Shown here one piece after another: positions 29,248-36,582 of a stretch of 36,582 bases of DNA. How positions within the stretch are numbered: position 1 is the first letter of the stretch; each line of letters starts with the position of its first letter. This DNA comes from Bacteroidales bacterium (GTDB taxonomy: Bacteria > Bacteroidota > Bacteroidia > Bacteroidales > JAUNSR01). The notes below the pieces were generated by a model. That model was not told the origin of the DNA, searched no databases, and worked only from the letters and a program-made list of their open reading frames with translations. The DNA lies in the NCBI GenBank assembly GCA_051646395.1, contig JBOFCW010000295.1, forward strand, positions 1 through 36,582. The letters run 5' to 3'. A program made the position numbers and the translations under genes.

Positions 29248-29330
29248 TTATCAACAGGTTGTTGATAACCCTGTCCGAACCATTCCGATTGCAAAAGAAA
29301 TGGAGTTATCAACAACATGTTAATAACTCC
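29248..29330. repeat. Cluster of overlapping inverted and direct repeats built on TTATCAACA / GTTATCAACAAC
   Basis: TTATCAACA occurs at 29248-29256 and 29306-29314, and its complement occurs at 29260-29268. GTTGTTGATAAC (29258-29269) is the exact reverse complement of GTTATCAACAAC (29305-29316). GGAGTTAT (29302-29309) pairs with ATAACTCC (29323-29330). That last hairpin, followed by a T-rich run on the minus strand, probably terminates the permease gene. Confidence 0.6.
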
Positions 29331-29357
29331 ATTTCCAATCAAAAACCCAGCAGCTTG

Positions 29358-30575
29358 CTAAGATTTCTTTATCATTGTTTTCGCCGGATAAAGTGCTGCC
29401 AGAAAGCCCAACAATCCGACTACAAGTATTACCCAAAGGCAATCGCTCCAAAGTAATTTGACCGGATAAGCATCTATGATAAACATCCCGGCATTACCAC
29501 CCAGATGCAAAATACCAAAAGTCTGTTGAATCCAACACAGCAAAATTCCAAGCAACAATCCGACAACAGCTCCCGCTCCCGAAATCAGACATCCTTCAAA
29601 AACAAAGATCTTACGGATCAGCGAGTAGTCGGCTCCAAGATTACGAAGCGTATCTATATCCGCTTTTTTATCCACGATCAACATAGACAAGGATCCGATT
29701 ACGTTGAAGGATGCGATCATCAAGATAAAAGAAAGCATCAAAAAAGTCATCCATTTCTCTATCTGCATGATACGAAACGACTCCTGTTGTTGCTGCATCC
29801 TGTTACTGACGCGATAATCTTTTCCTAAGAGCAATTCAAGCCTCTTCTGAAAACGGTCAGAATCCACATTCTCCTTCAACTTTATTTCCACTGCGCTGAC
29901 AAGACCTTCTCCTTCAAAAAGGGTACGGGCAAACTCGATCGGAGCAATCAGCAACTGATCATCATATTGAGCCTGATTAATGCTAAACACACCTCCCACG
30001 AAAAGCTGGCCCTCATTAAACGAATCCATCGGATTCGATAAATTGACTTTGCCTTTGCGCCGCGGAGCATATATTTCAAGGGGCCTTACAAAACCCGCAT
30101 TCACTCCAAGTTGCGATGCAAGACCAACCCCCAGGGTTGCATAATCAACGACACTGTCATTCAGCTGAAACGCTCCATTGATAATTATCTTATCAATCGA
30201 AGTCAATTCCCCGAAATTAGCCTCGACACCTTTGACCGTAGCCGGAATCTGACGATCGCCGTAGCTGATCAATACGTTCTCCTCGAGCACTTCGCTAAAA
30301 ACGGCTATTTCCGGCATTTTGCTTATCGAAACAAAAAGGGAATCATCCGCATTGAATGTTTTCCCTTTGACAGTTTCGATCTTCAACTGAGGATCGAAAG
30401 TAGAATAAAGTGTGGATATCAGATCCTGAAATCCGTTATATACCGACAATGTACAAATCAGCGCCATTGTAATCACAGCAACGCCGCATACCGATACCCA
30501 TGAGATGATATTGATAGCATTATGTGATTTTTTTGCAACAAGATAGCGCTTAGCCAGTAAAAAGGACAAATTCAT
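29358..30575 (-). CDS. FtsX-like ABC transporter permease (LolC/LolE family)
   Basis: 405 aa. The N-terminal LAKRYLVAKKSHNAINIISWVSVCGVAVITMALICTLSVYNGF is typical of the LolC/E family. There is a large periplasmic loop and a C-terminal FtsX domain (..LRNLGA..IRKIF..EG..IS..G...G). Confidence 0.85.
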   Translation of the reverse strand: MNLSFLLAKRYLVAKKSHNAINIISWVSVCGVAVITMALICTLSVYNGFQDLISTLYSTFDPQLKIETVKGKTFNADDSLFVSISKMPEIAVFSEVLEENVLISYGDRQIPATVKGVEANFGELTSIDKIIINGAFQLNDSVVDYATLGVGLASQLGVNAGFVRPLEIYAPRRKGKVNLSNPMDSFNEGQLFVGGVFSINQAQYDDQLLIAPIEFARTLFEGEGLVSAVEIKLKENVDSDRFQKRLELLLGKDYRVSNRMQQQQESFRIMQIEKWMTFLMLSFILMIASFNVIGSLSMLIVDKKADIDTLRNLGADYSLIRKIFVFEGCLISGAGAVVGLLLGILLCWIQQTFGILHLGGNAGMFIIDAYPVKLLWSDCLWVILVVGLLGFLAALYPAKTMIKKS

Positions 30576-30611
30576 GCGTATATCGGATTAATACCGGTTA
30601 GGAGATGATAC

Positions 30612-30944
30612 TTATTTAAGTAGCGTATCGATTTTTTCGATATAATCAAGCGAATCATCGATATAAAAATTCAACTCAGGCATCTTACGAAGCTGAAATC
30701 GAACGATCTGTGCCACTTCATGACGAATATTCTTCGCATTTGCACGAATATTCTCCAACAGCTCATTCGCCTTCTCCGAAGGAAAAATGCTAAGGTAAAC
30801 TTTGGCAATTCCCAAATCCGGACTTACACGCACTGCGCTCACCGAAACCAGTACGCCATGCATTTGTGTCGTCTGCGCACGAAATATTTCGCTTAATTCT
30901 TTCTGTAAAAGACGACCTATCTTACTTTGTCTTGTTGTTTCCAT
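30612..30944 (-). CDS. rbfA: Ribosome-binding factor A
   Basis: METTRQSKIGRLLQKELSEIF.. and ..VSVSAVRVSPDLGIAKVYLSIF.. form the RbfA signature. The start is taken at ATG 30944. The ORF-track start at 30959 is TTG. Confidence 0.88.
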   Translation of the reverse strand: METTRQSKIGRLLQKELSEIFRAQTTQMHGVLVSVSAVRVSPDLGIAKVYLSIFPSEKANELLENIRANAKNIRHEVAQIVRFQLRKMPELNFYIDDSLDYIEKIDTLLK

Positions 30945-31078
30945 AATTATTGTTTTCAATCTGCAGCTTACAGAAAAAACAGATCTTCAACCTGCAATTC
31001 CTGCTTGCCATTCTATATAATCAAAGCGGATTGTAAATTACAAAAAGAACTTTGAAATTCACAACCCGCTGATTTGTT

Positions 31079-31717
31079 TTATTTTTTCCGAATGAGCGTC
31101 ATTCCGTCCCGAATCGGTAAAATCACTTTTTCAACCCGTGGGTCGGAAGCGATCTTATCATTAAAGTTCAGAATACCGACACTCTGCGCATCGCGAGGCA
31201 GCGGATCCTGCACTACTTTACCATCCCAAAGGGTATTATCGGCAATAATCAATCCTCCCTTTCGCACCTTGTCAAAAACAAGATCATAGTATTCACTATA
31301 GATCCTTTTATTGGCATCGATAAACACAATATCGAACATGCGGTCAATCGAAGGAATCACCTGCAGAGCATCACCGATGTGGAAATGAATTTTATCCGCA
31401 TAGGGTGAATTCTGAAAAACGGCGGAAGTAAATTCCTCCATTTCATCGTCGATATCAATGGTATGTAGTTCTGCATGCGGATCATCGGCAAGAGCCTCAG
31501 CCATACACAATGCGGAATAACCGGTAAATGTTCCCAATTCAAGAATATAACGAGGCTGAACCAGTTGGCATATCATTTTCAGAATACGCCCCTGAAGATG
31601 CCCGGAACACATGCGCGGTTTCAACACTTTAACATGCGTATCGCGGTTAAGCTGCTTCAGGTAGTCTCCTTCCTCGTCGATATGGTCGAGAACATATTGC
31701 TCCAGAAGATCCGTCAT
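31079..31717 (-). CDS. Class I SAM-dependent O-methyltransferase (family 3, caffeoyl-CoA OMT-like)
   Basis: 212 aa with ILELGTFTGYSALCMAEAL, DIVFIDANKRIYSEYYDLV and GGLIIADNTLWDGKV. It begins 3 nt downstream of the pyk stop. Confidence 0.85.
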   Translation of the reverse strand: MTDLLEQYVLDHIDEEGDYLKQLNRDTHVKVLKPRMCSGHLQGRILKMICQLVQPRYILELGTFTGYSALCMAEALADDPHAELHTIDIDDEMEEFTSAVFQNSPYADKIHFHIGDALQVIPSIDRMFDIVFIDANKRIYSEYYDLVFDKVRKGGLIIADNTLWDGKVVQDPLPRDAQSVGILNFNDKIASDPRVEKVILPIRDGMTLIRKK

Positions 31718-31720
31718 CGC

Positions 31721-33184
31721 TTAGCAGTTTTCTTCCAGATTCGGCAACATGTATTTGTCGAATTCCGTCATCACCTTCTCTACCTTGTTGATTTCAAGGA
31801 AAGTTGTGCCGCCACCTTCACCGTAGCTACCACCCAGGTAAGCGATCATATCCGCTGGTGCGATAAGACCTTTATTGATCAAACGCGTAAGACCTACATA
31901 AAGATATTCACGTGTCGTACGTTTCTCTTCCTGATAAAGCGGGAATACGCCATAAGAAAGAGCCAGCTCGCGCATTACTTTCTCATTATAGCAAAGCGCA
32001 TAAACAGGAGCTTTACCACGGTATGCCGCAATATTGCGGGCAGTTTTACCAGTGAAGCTATCCGTGATCACCGCGTTGATACCAAGTTTATTTTCCGCTT
32101 TAACCGCTTGTTTTGACAAATAAGCCGTAAGATCAATATCTTCAGAACCCATTGGTACACGGATATCATTTTCAGAAAGTTTTGTTTTTTCAGCTTCCTC
32201 TGCAACTTTCGACATTGTTGCAACCGCTTCAACAGGATATTTTCCATAAGCTGTTTCACCGGAAAGCATCAAAGCGTCCGTACGGTAATAAATCGCGTTT
32301 GCGATATCCGTTACCTCCGCACGTGTCGGACGAGGATTTTTAATCATCGAGTGCAACATCTGTGTCGCAACGATCACCGGTTTTTTCGCCTGAACGCATT
32401 TTTTGATCAGGATACGCTGAATTCCCGGAATCTTTTCCTGAGGAACCTCAATACCCAAATCACCACGAGCAACCATCACGCCGTATGCAACCTCAAGAAT
32501 TTCGTCGATATTATCGACACCTTCCTGATTTTCGATTTTAGCAATAATCTTGATTGGGCTGTTATGTGCATCCAGAATCTCCTGAATATCCAGAATGTCT
32601 TGTTTAGAGCGCACAAAAGAGTGAGCGATAAAGTCGATATTCATTTTAATCCCGTGAAGGATGTTTCTTTTATCTTTTTCAGTCAGAGAAGGCAGGCTGA
32701 TACGTACACCCGGTACGTTCACGCTCTTACGTGCACCAAGCTCTCCGTTGTTTTCTGCAACAGCAACCAAGTGATCCGCTGTTTTTTCGGTAACCTTGAA
32801 TTCGATTTCACCATCGTCGATCAAAATATAACCACCTACGGATAGGTCGTTTACAAAGTTCGGATAGTTGATTGCGATCTGCTCTCTTGTAGTCAGAATA
32901 TCAGGATTACCCACGAATTTCACTACGTCTCCCGTAACGAAATTGATTCGGCCTTCATTTTCGATGGCTGTCGTTCTCAACTCAGGACCTTTGGTATCCA
33001 TCAAAATCGGAATTTTGTTAGATACGGCACGCACGTTGTTGATAATCCGATTAAAACCTTCTTCATTCAGGTGGGCCGAGTTCATACGAACTACATTCAT
33101 TCCATTTTCAAACAAGGCGCGAATAAACTCAACTTCACAACGCAAGTCTGAAACTGTAGCTACAATTTTAGTGTGCTTTGACAT
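31721..33184 (-). CDS. pyk: Pyruvate kinase
   Basis: 487 aa with TKIVATV, MNVVRMNSAHL, MDTKGPELRT, IAKIENQEGV, MVARGDLGIE, ATQMLHSM and MLSGETA, all canonical pyruvate kinase motifs. Confidence 0.95.
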   Translation of the reverse strand: MSKHTKIVATVSDLRCEVEFIRALFENGMNVVRMNSAHLNEEGFNRIINNVRAVSNKIPILMDTKGPELRTTAIENEGRINFVTGDVVKFVGNPDILTTREQIAINYPNFVNDLSVGGYILIDDGEIEFKVTEKTADHLVAVAENNGELGARKSVNVPGVRISLPSLTEKDKRNILHGIKMNIDFIAHSFVRSKQDILDIQEILDAHNSPIKIIAKIENQEGVDNIDEILEVAYGVMVARGDLGIEVPQEKIPGIQRILIKKCVQAKKPVIVATQMLHSMIKNPRPTRAEVTDIANAIYYRTDALMLSGETAYGKYPVEAVATMSKVAEEAEKTKLSENDIRVPMGSEDIDLTAYLSKQAVKAENKLGINAVITDSFTGKTARNIAAYRGKAPVYALCYNEKVMRELALSYGVFPLYQEEKRTTREYLYVGLTRLINKGLIAPADMIAYLGGSYGEGGGTTFLEINKVEKVMTEFDKYMLPNLEENC

Positions 33185-33269
33185 ACAATCTAATAGTATA
33201 TAGTAATATAGTAATAACTCTTTAATATCTCATTATTTAAATAACATCCGTTCAATCAATTCTGTTTAG

Positions 33270-33689
33270 CTAAGAATTGATAAAAGATCCAACCGCAAGC
33301 CGGTAAGAATCAAGGCCAAAGCCGGCAATCACACCTTTACAGGCAGAAGCGATCATAGACTGATGTCGATAGGATTCCCGTTTATGAACATTGGAGATAT
33401 GCGTTTCGATTACCGGAGCCGGAACAGAGCGGATGGCATCCGCCAACGCAATGGAGGTATGCGTATAAGCCCCCGCATTCAATACGATTCCGTCGAATGA
33501 AAAACCGTATTCCTGAATCTTATCGATCAGGACTCCTTCTATATTCGACTGGAAATAAACGATATTCACCCGGGGATAGAACGACTTTAACTGCTCAAGA
33601 TAAGCTTCAAACGAGGTATCGCCGTAAATAGACTTTTCTCGCTTGCCCAACAAATTCAGATTCGGACCGTTCAAAATCAGGATGTTCAT
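33270..33689 (-). CDS. aroQ: Type II 3-dehydroquinate dehydratase
   Basis: MNILILNGPNLNLLGKRE..YG, NAGAYTHTSIAL.DA and ETHISN.H.RE..R match the AroQ signature. The start is taken at ATG 33689. The ORF-track start at 33716 is GTG. Confidence 0.92.
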   Translation of the reverse strand: MNILILNGPNLNLLGKREKSIYGDTSFEAYLEQLKSFYPRVNIVYFQSNIEGVLIDKIQEYGFSFDGIVLNAGAYTHTSIALADAIRSVPAPVIETHISNVHKRESYRHQSMIASACKGVIAGFGLDSYRLAVGSFINS

Positions 33690-33732
33690 AGGATGTATTA
33701 TTTTCGAAAGATTCACGATTAATCTTCTTGAT

Positions 33733-33740
33733 TATCTTTG
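33733..33740 (+). promoter_or_regulatory. Candidate -7 promoter box (TATCTTTG) for xerD
   Basis: Exact match to the Bacteroidota TAnnTTTG consensus, 52 nt upstream of ATG 33792. No convincing -33 element was seen. Confidence 0.4.
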
Positions 33741-33766
33741 CATCACCCTTCGAGCAAGATAATGCG

Positions 33767-33774
33767 CAAAGGTA
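33767..33774 (-). promoter_or_regulatory. Candidate -7 promoter box (TACCTTTG on the minus strand) for aroQ
   Basis: Exact match to TAnnTTTG on the minus strand, 78 nt upstream of the aroQ ATG 33689. The octamer is the same as in the tRNA-Leu promoter. Confidence 0.4.
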
Positions 33775-33791
33775 GTCAAAATATTTATAAA

Positions 33792-34709
33792 ATGGATATT
33801 AAAAAAACGGCACCACCTCAGGAAGAACGTCATATAAAGAAATATTATAGTTATCTCAAGTTCGAGAAAAACCTTTTAGCAAATTCGATTGAAGCGTACC
33901 TGGCCGACGTAACCAAGCTGAAAGTCTTCATTGACCTCACCGGAAAGTCTCTCAAAGACCTTTCGAGAACCGATATCGTTGACTTCATGTGCCACCTGCA
34001 CGAACTGGGAATCTCACCAAGGTCTCAAGCCCGTATTCTTTCAGGCATTAAGTCTTTTTATAAATTCCTGCTGCTGGACGGTTATGTACAAACCGACCCC
34101 ACCGATCTGATCGAGGGACCGAAACTGGGATTAAAACTACCGGAAGTATTAAGCATCACCGAAATCAATCAAATTATTTCCTGCATCGATGTTTCGACCA
34201 CCGAGGGACAGCGAAACAAGGCGATACTGGAAGTGCTTTACAGCTGTGGAATCCGGGTATCCGAACTCACCGGCCTATGCATTTCAAACATTTACAAAGA
34301 AGAGGGATATATTGTGGTCAGAGGGAAAGGCGATAAGCAACGGATCGTACCGATTGCCGATTCCGCGCTGCATGAAATCAGCAAATACATCTATTGCAGA
34401 AACTTACAGTTTGTAAAAAAGGGTTATGAGGATATTTTATTTATTAACAGGCTGGGAACTTCTCTTTCCCGGGTGATGATTTTTAATATCATCAGGCGTT
34501 TCTGCGAAAAGGCCGGAATCCGCAAACAAGTGAGTCCACATACGTTCCGGCACTCTTTTGCCACCCACTTACTCGAAGGTGGTGCCAACCTGAGGGCGAT
34601 TCAGTTAATGCTTGGACATGAAAAGATTACAACAACCGAAATCTACACTCACCTCGACAGGAACTTCCTGCGCGAAGAGATTTTATTACATCACCCGCGC
34701 AATAAATAA
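33792..34709 (+). CDS. xerD: Tyrosine site-specific recombinase XerD
   Basis: The N-terminal SAM-like domain reads YYSYLKFEKNLLANSIEAYLADV. The catalytic domain has RNKAILEVLYSCGIRVSEL, HTFRHSFATHLLEGGANLRAIQLMLGHEKITTTEIYTH (R..HxxR..Y). It is divergent from aroQ, a conserved housekeeping arrangement. An alternative start is ATG 33762, and the ORF-track start at 33738 is TTG. Confidence 0.88.
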   Translation: MDIKKTAPPQEERHIKKYYSYLKFEKNLLANSIEAYLADVTKLKVFIDLTGKSLKDLSRTDIVDFMCHLHELGISPRSQARILSGIKSFYKFLLLDGYVQTDPTDLIEGPKLGLKLPEVLSITEINQIISCIDVSTTEGQRNKAILEVLYSCGIRVSELTGLCISNIYKEEGYIVVRGKGDKQRIVPIADSALHEISKYIYCRNLQFVKKGYEDILFINRLGTSLSRVMIFNIIRRFCEKAGIRKQVSPHTFRHSFATHLLEGGANLRAIQLMLGHEKITTTEIYTHLDRNFLREEILLHHPRNK

Positions 34710-34793
34710 AAAAATAAAATTTATTTTTTCAAAAAGAGAAGCGCACAAATATCGTTTTTACATAAAAAAAATCACTTATTAGAAATATATTGT

Positions 34794-34801
34794 TATTTTT
34801 G
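34794..34801 (+). promoter_or_regulatory. Candidate -7 promoter box (TATTTTTG) for the OmpA-like/TPR lipoprotein gene
   Basis: Exact TAnnTTTG match 40 nt upstream of ATG 34842, in an AT-rich intergenic region. Confidence 0.45.
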
Positions 34802-34841
34802 TGGCCAAATCGAGCATAATAACCAATTTAATAATCTCATT

Positions 34842-36521
34842 ATGAACAAAAAGCTTTATTTGCCATTATTAATGGCTTTAGTTCTTGCTTTCACGTCATG
34901 TAGCAAGAAAATGGGCGAATTAGACGCTAAATATTTTACAGTGAATCCATCTCCGCTTGTAGCGGTTGGCGGTGAAGTTCCTGCTACAATCAGCGGAACA
35001 TTCCCTGAAAAATATTTCAACAAAAAATCAGTAGTAACAGTTACTCCGGTATTAGTTTACGCAGGTGGCGAAGCAGTTGCTGCTCCTTTCATCTACCAAG
35101 GTGAAAAAGTAACAGGTAATGACCAGACTATTTCTTACAAAATGGGTGGTAACATTACTATGAAAACGTCTTTCAAATACATCCCGGCTATGCGTCAGTC
35201 TGAATTGTATTTGGCTTTCTCTGTAAAAAGAGGTAAAAAAACGTACACACTTCCACGCGTAAAAGTTGCTGACGGTGTGATCGCTACTTCTGCTTTGGCT
35301 ACTGCTAACGGTATCGATGCTGCTATCGCTCCGGATCAGTTCCAACGCATTATCACTGACAACTACGTTGCTAAAATCCTTTTCCTTATCCAGCAGTCTA
35401 ACCTTCGTAACAAAGAGCTTACATCAGCTCAGATGAAAGAAGTAAAAGACAAAATGAAAGCTGCTGAAAAAGCGGAAAACCAACGTCTTGCCGGTATCAA
35501 TGTAGCTTCTACTGCTTCTCCGGACGGTGCTTACGAGCTTAATGAAAAATTGGCTGAAAACCGTGAGAAAAACACAGTGAAATACATGGAACGTGTAATG
35601 AAACAGGACAAACTTTTGGGTGATATCACTGCTGAGTTCACTCCTGAAGACTGGGCTGGATTCAAAGAATTGGTTGAAAAATCAAACATCCAGGACAAAG
35701 AATTGATCCTTCGTGTTCTTTCTATGTACAACGATCCTGCTGAAAGAGAAAAAGAAATCAAAAATCTTTCTGCTGCATTTACTCAGCTTGCTGAAGAAAT
35801 CCTTCCTCAGTTGCGTTACTCTAAAGTAACTGCTTCTATCGAAACAATCGGTAAATCTGACGAAGAGATCGCTAAACTTGCTGCTACAGACGCAAAAGCT
35901 CTTACTGCAAACGAATTGCTTTACGCTGCTACATTGGCTAAAACAAACGCTGAGAAAATCGCTATCTACAAAAAAGCGATCGAAATCTACCCGAGCGATT
36001 ACCGCGGTTACAACAACCTTGGTGTTGTTTACTTCGCTGAAGGTAACGTAAACGAAGCTGCTGCAATGTTCAACAAAGCTGCTCAGGTTAACCCTAACGC
36101 AGGTGAAGTTGCGATGAACCTTGGTGTTATCGACATGACTAAAAACGATTTCGCTAAAGCTCAGCAGGCATTCGGTAAAGCTGCAGGTGTTCCTGAACTT
36201 CCTTCTGCTCTTGGTACTCTTTACACAGAACAAGGTGACTACCAGAAAGCGGTTATGGCTTTCGGAAACACAAAATCTAACAACGCTGCTGTTGCTCAGA
36301 TCTGTGCAGGTGACTACAATTCTGCTAAAAACACGTTGTCAGCTATCGCTAACAAAGACGCTCTTACTTACTACCTGATGGCAGTGGTTGGTGCTCGCAC
36401 AAACAACGAAAACATGGTTTCTTCTAACCTGAAAGAAGCTGTGAAACTTGATCCTTCTATGGCACAGTTTGCTAAAACGGATCTTGAATTCGCTAAATAC
36501 AACGTTGCTAACTGGATCTAA
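34842..36521 (+). CDS. Lipoprotein with a central OmpA-like (peptidoglycan-binding-type) motif and C-terminal TPR repeats, function unknown
   Basis: 559 aa. The lipoprotein signal is MNKKLYLPLLMALVLAFTSC. The central region ILFLIQQSNLRNKE..INVASTASPDGAYELNEKLAENREKNTVKYM resembles the OmpA_C pattern (F....L......I.V.G.TD..G....N..LS..RA..V..YL). TPR-like repeats run from about aa 370 to the end (AIEIYPSDYRGYNNLGVVYFAEGNVNEAAAMFNKAAQVNP..). Confidence 0.7.
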   Translation: MNKKLYLPLLMALVLAFTSCSKKMGELDAKYFTVNPSPLVAVGGEVPATISGTFPEKYFNKKSVVTVTPVLVYAGGEAVAAPFIYQGEKVTGNDQTISYKMGGNITMKTSFKYIPAMRQSELYLAFSVKRGKKTYTLPRVKVADGVIATSALATANGIDAAIAPDQFQRIITDNYVAKILFLIQQSNLRNKELTSAQMKEVKDKMKAAEKAENQRLAGINVASTASPDGAYELNEKLAENREKNTVKYMERVMKQDKLLGDITAEFTPEDWAGFKELVEKSNIQDKELILRVLSMYNDPAEREKEIKNLSAAFTQLAEEILPQLRYSKVTASIETIGKSDEEIAKLAATDAKALTANELLYAATLAKTNAEKIAIYKKAIEIYPSDYRGYNNLGVVYFAEGNVNEAAAMFNKAAQVNPNAGEVAMNLGVIDMTKNDFAKAQQAFGKAAGVPELPSALGTLYTEQGDYQKAVMAFGNTKSNNAAVAQICAGDYNSAKNTLSAIANKDALTYYLMAVVGARTNNENMVSSNLKEAVKLDPSMAQFAKTDLEFAKYNVANWI

Positions 36522-36549
36522 TCATCCAGATATCAATCAAAATACAAAA

Positions 36550-36582
36550 GCCGCTCCGAATCCCGGAGCGGCTTTTTTTTTT
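36550..36582 (+). terminator. Rho-independent terminator
   Basis: GCCGCTCCG-AATCC-CGGAGCGGC is followed by T10, which runs to the window edge. Confidence 0.85.

Noticed and set aside
29248-29316. TTATCAACA repeats as DnaA boxes or an origin of replication
   Set aside because: The motif differs from the TTATCCACA-type consensus at a conserved C. There are only three copies, no adjacent AT-rich unwinding element and no dnaA or dnaN nearby. The motifs are fully accounted for as hairpin arms.
29259-29456. 65-aa + strand ORF
   Set aside because: It begins inside the hairpin cluster, starts with a non-ATG codon, and continues antisense into the 3' end of the permease gene. It is better explained as terminator or structured DNA.
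33792-34709. Tyrosine recombinase as a marker of an integrated mobile element, together with tRNA-Leu at 27751-27834 as a possible integration site
   Set aside because: The recombinase has XerD-type motifs and sits in the conserved housekeeping aroQ-xerD divergent arrangement. The genes between it and the tRNA are core metabolism or translation genes. I saw no direct repeat of the tRNA 3' end elsewhere in the window.

Overview
Bacteroidota (most likely order Bacteroidales) chromosomal window, densely coded, with 23 protein genes and 1 tRNA. Left to right: (i) the 3' part of an HTH-cupin regulator and an acyl-CoA synthetase. (ii) A complete minus-strand polysaccharide utilization locus (PUL): susC, susD, a chondroitinase-ABC-like PL8 lyase, a GH95 fucosidase, a hybrid two-component sensor (HTCS) and a GH20 hexosaminidase. 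(iii) The type IX secretion (T9SS) core operon porP-porK-porL-porM-porN. (iv) Housekeeping genes: DUF2795, a PduO-type adenosyltransferase, two methyltransferases, tRNA-Leu(CAA), a mannose-1-P guanylyltransferase-like gene, an FtsX/LolE-like permease, rbfA, pyk, aroQ and xerD. (v) A lipoprotein with an OmpA-like core, C-terminal TPR repeats and a strong high-expression codon signature. I found no CRISPR array, mobile element, toxin-antitoxin pair or recognisable defence system, so I cannot point to a clearly new system. The most unusual items are the enzyme composition of the PUL (a PL8 lyase with GH95 and GH20 but no GH88/GH105 or sulfatase), the uncharacterised OmpA-like/TPR lipoprotein, and several small RNA-structure or leader-ORF features in intergenic regions. 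All family calls come from motif recognition by eye and from memory, not from searches.
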